From NCBI GenBank assembly GCA_964016885.1, contig OZ024754.1:44144001-44208000 (forward strand): 64,000 nt of DNA. The letters run 5' to 3'. A model generated the notes under the pieces. The model searched no databases. It had not been told where the DNA came from and saw only the letters and a list, made by a program, of their open reading frames with translations. Below are positions 54,269 through 64,000 of this stretch, piece by piece. Made by a program: the position numbers and the translations under genes. Position 1 is the first letter of the stretch; each line of letters starts with the position of its first letter. This DNA comes from Eledone cirrhosa. Its lineage: Eukaryota.

Positions 54269-55591
54269 AAACAGCAGCATTATGAATAATTGTTTCTACT
54301 TTAAGCACAAAACCAGCAATTAAACCAGTATATTACTGGTACTTTATTTTTTCATCCTTACGGGGTCGATAGAATAAAGTACCAGTAATGCAGGTATGTA
54401 TATGTATGTGTATGTATGTATGTACGTATGTATGTATGTATGTATGTATGTATGAGTGTGTGTATGTATGTATGTATGTATGTATGTATGTATGTATGTA
54501 TGTATGTATGTATGTATGTATGTACGTATGTATGTGTATGTATGAGTGTGTGTATGTATGTATGTATGTGTGTGTGTTGTGTGATTGCGAGATATTTGTA
54601 TGAGTGTGTATGTGTGTGTATGTATGTGTTGGGATGTGTGCGTGATTGCGTGATATTTGTATGTGCGCGTGTGTGTATGTATGTGTGTGTGTGTGTTTGA
54701 TTGCGTGATGTTTGTATGCGTGTATGTATGTATATGTATTTGTGCGTATATATGTGTGTGTATGTATGTGTGCATATGTGTGCATATGTATGCGTGTGTA
54801 TGTGTGTATATATGTGTGTGTATGTGTGCGTGTGTGAACCACTCAATATCGACTCTAATCATTATCCTTTTAATGGTTTTGAATGGCTGTTTACCATTGC
54901 ATGCAGCCAATCAGATGTGCAGACAGTGCACGCATGCGTTAAAACATCGTCTTAATTTATAACAAGAAACCCACTTTTGCCGCAATCTCCTCATTTCTCG
55001 TGACCCTACCATAATCTCACGTCAACTACTATACTTACATTACAGTACTACCACCATACCACTACCACTACACCACTACCACTACAGCCAGTACAACTAC
55101 AACCATACCACTACAACTAACACTACACCACTACCACTACAGCCAGTACTACCACCATACCATTACCACCACCACTACAGCCAATACAACTACCACCATA
55201 CCACCACACCACTACAACATGTACAACTACCACCATACCACTACCACCACCACTACAACCACTACAACTACCACTACACCATCACCACTACAGCCAGCAC
55301 TACCACCATACCACCACCACTATAACCACCACCATACCACTACCACCACCACCACTATAACCACCACCATACCACTACCACCCCCACCACTATAGCCAGT
55401 ACTACCACCATACCACTACCACCACCACTACAACCAATACAACTACCACCACACCTCTACCACAACCTTCATGTATATAATCTTAAATAATCTTGATCTG
55501 GACATCCTAAAAGTTCAACTAATCCGCCATTAACATCAGATAAAACGTCTGTCTTACAGTTCCATTATCACCTCTACTTCTACCAGTAATA

Positions 55592-55753
55592 ATGGTTGCT
55601 TATGTTGGCACAAGGCCAGCAATTACTCCAGTGTATTACTGGTATTTTATTTATCGATCCCCTAAGGATGAAAGGCAAAACTAACCTCAGCGGGATTTGA
55701 ACTCAGAACGTAAAGGGCCATAACTCTATGCCGTAAAGCATGTTGTCTGACTC
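55592..55753 (-). mobile_element. Same abundant SINE
   Basis: Central domain and tail. Confidence 0.8.
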
Positions 55754-56146
55754 TAATGTTGAAAATAATCTTTTATCAGGCTCTGACCAAGTTCCTCCTG
55801 GTCGTCATTGTTACAATCTCCACAACAATCTAGCGTTGTACTGTCCAGTTAATGAGAGTGCCACTATGTGGTCGCTCGACTTGCTATAAACAGCAGCGAA
55901 ATTCCCTCAAAAAATACATTACTGTCTTAGATAAGAACACTTAGGAAAATGTAGTCTTGGCTTTCTTTCACAAAGGTAAAAAAAGACGGGATCGTCATAG
56001 TTAGAATACTTCTGTTTAAAGTCTGTTTAAAGGTGTGCTAGATCCAGAGAGTGAGATAGCCAAGCCCTCACACTACACCTCATATAGATAACAATTAAGT
56101 GAATGAATACACAGTAAGACCATCGGAGGAGAATCTAGCAAGAAGC

Positions 56147-56332
56147 CATATTGGCAGTATCGCTAGAGGGTCGGACGCCATGCTTTCCAGCATAGTTACG
56201 TCTCTTTACGATCTGAGTACAAATCCCGCCGAGGTTAACTTTGCCTTTCATCCTTACGGGGGTCAATAAAATAAAGTACCAGTAATGCACTGGGGTTATT
56301 GCTGGCCTTGTGCCTAAAGTAGAAACAAATAT
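56147..56332 (+). mobile_element. Same abundant SINE
   Basis: Head, central domain and tail. Confidence 0.82.
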
Positions 56333-56464
56333 TATAATTACCATCGTAATTACTACTACATCTATAGCTACCTTCATTACCACAGCTCTTAATTACTATT
56401 AACAACATTGGCACTGTTTCATTCAGTGAAGAGTCCCATTCTGTTAATCTGCGGACACCCTCGT

Positions 56465-56563
<99 letters not shown>

Positions 56564-56680
56564 CTCTCTCTCTCTCTCTCTCTCGATATATCTTAACTAT
56601 AATACAAAGATGATTTGTTAAGCCTTCATTACGTTTATTGATTGCTGACGGGCGTTTCGCAGGATATGTGTGTATGTGTG

Positions 56681-56718
<38 letters not shown>

Positions 56719-56736
56719 CATATATATTTATATTGT

Positions 56737-56767
<31 letters not shown>

Positions 56768-57184
56768 TGTTAGTATTGTTGTTATTGTTCTGATTGAATG
56801 CCATTACTACTATATATAGTAGTCATGCCTGTATATTACTTTCATTCTCACAAGCCCCGATGAATTGACTGGTTACAACTATGTATTGGTGATCGAATGA
56901 CGTGAAAACAAGCGGGTAGCGATCTCTAGACCTACCAGTTCAGAGAAACAATTGTCAGCAATGTGATTAAAGCCCTTATTGTATAGCAAACCGTGTCACT
57001 CTTCTTTCCTGATTTATTATTACTCCAAGTGTTAACAACATAGAAATCACCGCGTACTCGCAGCATCACTATGGAAACGCCTTGTTGAGTCAAACTTAGC
57101 CAAGCGTTGATATCATCCACTACTCGGAGTACCACAACTGGACTACACCTAAGTGGACTACCTACAACAATAATCTGTTACCCC

Positions 57185-57244
<60 letters not shown>

Positions 57245-57258
57245 ATATATGTATATAT

Positions 57259-57330
<72 letters not shown>

Positions 57331-57332
57331 GT

Positions 57333-57468
<136 letters not shown>

Positions 57469-57595
57469 GTATGTGTATATATATATATGTATATATATAT
57501 GTATGTATGTGTATATGTGTACAAACGTATACAAAGTTACAACAGTGGGTTTGTTGCTTACTAATTCTGCTATATTCTTGAAAGAAAGAAATGAA

Positions 57596-57693
<98 letters not shown>

Positions 57694-57708
57694 GTATATA
57701 TATATATG

Positions 57709-57788
<80 letters not shown>

Positions 57789-57854
57789 ATATATATATAA
57801 AGAAAAAAATATATATATGGATATATATAATATATATTTAATGTATATAATTGT

Positions 57855-57933
<79 letters not shown>

Positions 57934-57936
57934 TAG

Positions 57937-57974
<38 letters not shown>

Positions 57975-58387
57975 TGTCTGTATGTGTGTCTGTGTCTGTG
58001 TGTGTATGTGTATGTGTGTGGTATTGGAGAAATAAGTCCGAAGAAGAACACAACTAATATTCCGAAAATAAATTAGTACAAGCTCCAAGTTATATAATCC
58101 AAAAGGATAAATCCGAATCTTCCCAAATTATCAATGATACCATTTCCAACTAATGAAAGCTCCTCATCCAATTAGTTTGTATTAGTTGACTGGTCCACCT
58201 TTCACTTGGTTACTATTTATTCCTCTTATAATTTGCAGTTGTCTTCCAAAGGTTTCTCCTCTTAAATGTATCAGTTACTTCAGATATGTGACTAACACCG
58301 AATATCTCCCTGCTTCGTTAAAATTTTCAAAGAATGTCTATGTTTGGAAGCTTCAAGTAGGATGTGATTAAAACAGAGAGAGAGAGC

Positions 58388-58448
<61 letters not shown>

Positions 58449-58513
58449 GGAAAGATATATATATATATATAGAGGGAGAGAGAGAGAGAAATATATATAC
58501 ATATATATATATG

Positions 58514-58616
<103 letters not shown>

Positions 58617-58684
58617 TATTTATATATATATACATATATATATAAATATATATATACATTTATATATATATACATATATATATA

Positions 58685-58733
<49 letters not shown>

Positions 58734-59322
58734 TTATATATATATATATATATTTCTCTCTCTGTGTGTGTCTCTCTCTCTCTATATATATATATAGAGA
58801 GAGAGAGAGATTCATATATGTCTGAATCGCAAGCTTCAATGTTACTTATGTTAGGAATTGGCGCCCGACCCACCCTCCTCTACAGAAAGAAACATATTTC
58901 ATATTTTCGTTTTATCATTTTTTCCCCATTTATCCGCATTACTTTCTAAATACGTATTTCCAAGTATTAAGAACTTGATTGAGAAGTTGTAATTATAAGA
59001 GAATATAATGGAAGTGGTGTACATGTATGTAAGAATCTGTGGTCGTTGTTGGTGGAATTCTGGCGAAGTCGAATGGACGCCGTGGTGACAAATAACATGT
59101 TTTGACTATTTTACAGCATGGCAGAACCATTCTTGCTTGTTGATGTGAATATTGCCGATGTCTGAGAGATAGAGAGATAGATAGAGAGAGAGGGGTGGGT
59201 GGGGTGGAGAAATAGAGAGAAAGAGATAGATAGGTAGAAAGTAGAGAGAAAGGAGGAGAGGGGAGAGAAATAAATGAAAGAGAGAGAGAGAAAAAGAGGG
59301 GGAGATAGATGGGGAGAAGAGT

Positions 59323-59365
<43 letters not shown>

Positions 59366-59451
59366 TGAGGAGAGAGAGAAAGAGAAGGGAGAGAAAGAGG
59401 GGATAGAGAAAAAAGAGAGGGGCCAGAGAGAAAGTGAGGGGACAGAGAGAA

Positions 59452-59518
<67 letters not shown>

Positions 59519-59561
59519 AAGAGAGATAGAGAGATAGCGAGATAGCGAGAGAAAGAGAGAA

Positions 59562-59592
<31 letters not shown>

Positions 59593-59728
59593 TAATAGCA
59601 TTCAGTTGTAGCCAACAATTCTTATTTGAACTCAGAACGCAAAGGGACGTAACTCTGTGCCGAAAAACATTGACCGACGCCCTACCGATACTTATTGTGG
59701 GTACCCCTGATTGAACCCACGATAAACT

Positions 59729-59776
<48 letters not shown>

Positions 59777-60003
59777 GTATAATAAACAATACAATATTTA
59801 CCAGAGGTTTCCCGAATAAGACGAATACGAAAAACGTCCTCATTCGTTCATCGGATAAGGCAATTTAAAACATAGTGAAATATTTGAAAAATCTCCTCAA
59901 GAAAGGCAAAAGTTTAACGGGCCAAAAAGATATAAATAAAAGTAATGCAAGAGATATATAAAAAAATACGGAAATATAGTTAGGGTATGTATATAAATGT
60001 GTG

Positions 60004-60035
<32 letters not shown>

Positions 60036-60052
60036 AATATATATATATTAAT

Positions 60053-60302
60053 TTATTAAAATAACAGATTAAAGTTTAAGCAAAGAATCGCTGCTTTCCC
60101 CCTTAACGGGATCTTCTGAAACTAAAAAAAAAAATCATTGATTTTTTTAGTTTCAGAAGATCCCTTTAAGGGTGAAAGCAGCGATTCATTGCTTAAACTT
60201 TAATCTGTTGTTTTAATAAATATTTGCTCTACGGTTCTTATATATTTGATATATATTTATCCTTATCGAGACCTCTTTGGATTTTAGTCTTCACATTTAT
60301 TA
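60053..60302. repeat. Fold-back repeat (palindrome ~60053-60223), dispersed family
   Basis: Inverted arms ATTTATTAAAATAACAGATTAAAG.../...CTTTAATCTGTTGTTTTAATAAAT; related pieces at ~2254-2420 and ~39070-39158. Confidence 0.75.
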
Positions 60303-60690
60303 TTATGCCTTTCATCCTTACGGGGCTCGATAAAATAAAGTACCAGTAATGCACTGGGTAATTGCTGGCCTTGTGCCTAAAGTAGAAACAATTACTATAT
60401 ATATATATATATATATAAATATAATTCAGCGAGAATCGTATTTCGGCTGGTAGAAAAAGCGAAACGAAACGCAAAATCGTAGAAATGCTGGCAAGCGCTC
60501 AATAGATAAACAATTAGAGGTAAACAATAAGTTAAAACGCCATACAAACTGAAAAAGTGGTCAAGAAGGCATTAACCACATAAACCCCAAAACAAAGCAA
60601 CCTAAACAGGTCAAACAAAATAAATGATAAAAACCGACCTGGGCCCAAATGGGATTGGTGGTAAAATCCAAATGTAGGGTTTCTATGACA

Positions 60691-60770
<80 letters not shown>

Positions 60771-60897
60771 AATTATCTAAATCAACCAACTAAATTTATT
60801 ATACAACACGCACACTCATTATATATATATATTCATATATATGTGTGTGTGTGTGTGTGTATATGTATGTGTATATGTGTGTATATGTATGTATATG

Positions 60898-60965
<68 letters not shown>

Positions 60966-61085
60966 TATATATATATACATATATATACATATATATATAT
61001 ACATATATATATATACATATATATATACATATATATATACATACATATACACACACACACACACATATATATATGTATATATATG

Positions 61086-61199
<114 letters not shown>

Positions 61200-61230
61200 T
61201 ATATACATACATATACACACACACACATAT

Positions 61231-61283
<53 letters not shown>

Positions 61284-61298
61284 TATCTACATACATAT

Positions 61299-61335
<37 letters not shown>

Positions 61336-61505
61336 ATGAGTGTGCGTGTTGTATAATAAATTTAGTTGGTTGATTTAGATAATTGTTTTTGCTTCACAAC
61401 ATCGCTCCCGCCATTCCTTTTCGAAATCCTATGAACTCATAAATAACACAAACAATGAAAAAGAAACTAAGAATAATATTTGTCTGTAACCAATACAGCA
61501 GTCCA

Positions 61506-61541
<36 letters not shown>

Positions 61542-61553
61542 AATACAACAGTC

Positions 61554-61846
<293 letters not shown>

Positions 61847-61898
61847 ATATATATATATAAATAATATAAGATCAAAAGATTGTTAAAAGAGTCCCATG

Positions 61899-61969
61899 TA
61901 TTTTATTATGCGCATTTCAAAAACAAATATCATCATGCAATAACATTTGCGTTTTCGTCATATAAAATA
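61899..61969 (-). ncRNA. Hammerhead motif (family C, mirror copy with C3 to A mutation)
   Basis: Inverted copy of 62076-62146 with core ATGACGA. Confidence 0.6.
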
Positions 61970-62075
61970 GGGAGACATGATATGAAGGTTAAAAAACACT
62001 TGTGAATAGTGCAGTTTTAAATCAACATATCTGCACTATTCACAAGTGTTTTTTAAACTTCATATCATGTCTCCC

Positions 62076-62146
62076 TATTTTATCTGACGAAAACGCAAAT
62101 GTCATCGCATGATAATATTTGTTTTTGAAATGCGCATAATAAAATA
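62076..62146 (+). ncRNA. Minimal type I hammerhead ribozyme motif (family C)
   Basis: TATTTTAT-CTGACGA-long stem II-GAAA-TGCGCA-TA-ATAAAATA; 8-bp stem I, palindromic TGCGCA stem III. Confidence 0.82.
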
Positions 62147-62267
62147 CATGGAACTCTTTTAACCATCTTTTGATCTTATATTATTTATAGTCCAGTCCTA
62201 CAAACTGTAGAGTGCTACTTATCTGATATCTGCATTGCTTTATTGTTCTACAATAAAACTCACCTCC

Positions 62268-62346
<79 letters not shown>

Positions 62347-62506
62347 AATACAGCAGTCCAGTCACTTCTAAGTTTGATTAATATTAGTAACAGGACTGTT
62401 TACATATACGAAGCTATAATTATTAAAATATAAACCTTCTCACTTACTTTTCTAAAATAAACAATTATCGCCTCTTGTTTTCTTTTCATTGAAATTAGTT
62501 GAGGTG

Positions 62507-62584
<78 letters not shown>

Positions 62585-62825
62585 CAGATTAGAGCAAACA
62601 TCACGGGCGCTCTATCTCGAAATTATTTTTGAAAAGGATTAGAAATGCGCAACCGGTAAAAACTGAATACTAACCAATACTTATTACTAATTTTTACTTA
62701 TTCCTAATTAAACTATTTTTCACTGGGAACAATTTGTCAGCATCTTCTTTTCTTTTTACCAATATATATATAAAATGAAAAAAAAAATAGTAAAAAATGT
62801 TTTCGCTCTCCATGGTTAAATACAA

Positions 62826-63077
62826 TAAATGTAATTTGAGTTTTTCGAATATTAATGATAACATTCGATTCGTTTGCAATTATACAAACAAGCCTCATTT
62901 TTATAACCATGTCAGTAGAATGAATCCTTCATTCTTGCTCTTGTGTTTACATGCCAACACAAGAGCAAGAATGAAGGGTTCATTCTACTGACATGGCTAT
63001 AAAAATGAGGCTTGTTTGTATAATTGCAAACGAATCCAATGTTATTATTAACATTCGAAAAACTCAAATTACATTTA
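62826..63077. repeat. Fold-back palindrome, ~122-bp arms
   Basis: Arms around loop TACATGCC (62948-62955); related single piece at ~21722-21790. Confidence 0.85.
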
Positions 63078-63599
63078 ATATATTTTTACATTTATGGAAA
63101 ACATTACTTTACTTTCTGAAAATTCAAAATTCATTCGTTCAGTTTAAGATTTTTGAATAATATTGTAATTAATTTAGGAAGAAGACCAGTAATTTTTGGA
63201 GAAGGGGAAGTTGATTAAATCGTCACTAGTACTTTGGAATGTTGAAAGACAAAGTTGACCTCAGTGGGATAATGAAATTAATATTGCAAAGAAAATATAA
63301 TTACAAAATTCAAATGAATACAAAATGTATTTAAACAGAACCAGTAATTGACTTCCTAAAACATTTCTTTTTTAGATTCAAAGAAAAATTATTTTCCACA
63401 CATTCGCAATTTCCCAAACCTCACACACTAAAACAAATAAATGAACAGATTTGTAATCTTTCACCGCCATTTTCACAGTCAGTAAAAAATAAAATATTTT
63501 ATTTCTTATGTTAATTTTTATTTCGTTATATGCCAGACGTTCAGTAGGGCTGCAGACTTAAAACTAAGAATTTCTCCAATATCTACTTATATCTCACAC

Positions 63600-64000
63600 G
63601 CTTTAGGCAAAATAGGACTACATCTCAATGCAAAGAAGACCGAAATCATGCACTACAATCAGGTTGATCCAGCTCCAGTTCTTGCTAAGGATGGTACAAC
63701 AATCAAAACAGTTGAAAACTGTAAGTATTTTGTTGCATAGATGCACAGCTCACGCAAGGACTTTGAAGTTAGAAAAGCATTAGCATGGTCGGCATGCCAC
63801 AAGCTACTGAAGGTGTGGAAGTCCGACCTAAACCGCAAAATCAAAGAGCGCCTCTTCCTAGCAACTGTTGAGTCTGTCCTGCTTTACGGCAGTGAAACGT
63901 GGACTATTGACAAAGTGCTATACAAGAGACTTGACGGATGTTACACGAGGATGCTGAGAATGGCAAACTGACAAATACGGAACTATACAGATCACTACCA
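63600..64000 (+). mobile_element. RTE-like LINE RT C-terminal fragment (pseudogenised)
   Basis: IGLHLNAKKTEIM ... RKALAWSACHKLLKVWKS ... VESVLLYGSETW ... LDGCYTRMLR, with stops. Confidence 0.85.

Larger units (their letters stand above)
61857..62270. mobile_element. Family C hammerhead-bearing element with inverted duplication
   Basis: Arms ~61857-62014 and ~62031-62188; sense arm continues to (TA)n at ~62270; 3' part also at 38686-38798. Confidence 0.75.

Noticed and set aside
60095-60190. Hammerhead in the 60053-60223 palindrome (CAGAAGA-TCCC..GGGT-GAAAGC)
   Set aside because: The core reads CAGAAGA in both arms, and no convincing stem III/UH/stem I follows.

Overview
Eukaryotic, AT-rich, microsatellite-dense genomic DNA. 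The SINE families and repeat landscape suggest a coleoid cephalopod such as Octopus (inference, not verified). Nearly all long ORFs in the supplied track are microsatellite artefacts. Real content: (1) A minus-strand spliced gene, mostly missed by the ORF track, rebuilt here from nine phase-compatible GT-AG exons (27153 down to 2957). It encodes MAM-LDLa-MAM, a short stalk and a hydrophobic segment. The ectodomain resembles invertebrate ALK but seems to lack ALK's glycine-rich/TNF-like and EGF region; its 5' exon(s) were not found and no kinase exon lies in the window. (2) An intact L1/Tx1-type LINE ORF2 (APE endonuclease, RT, zf-RVT) inside a (GATA)n array, with an oppositely oriented ORF1-like fragment next to it. 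(3) Several unrelated families of short, non-coding, Penelope-pLTR-like elements carrying minimal type I hammerhead ribozyme motifs. They sit next to (TA)n tracts and are often folded back into long palindromes; one fold-back point matches the predicted cleavage site and another the stem II loop. Core variants U3-A8 and CCGAUGA recur. (4) A 20 x 65-bp tandem array with a hairpin at each junction and a hammerhead-like antisense motif. (5) Many SINEs, RTE LINE relics, and mariner, piggyBac, hAT and Helitron non-autonomous elements. No CRISPR array, rRNA or true tRNA gene was found.
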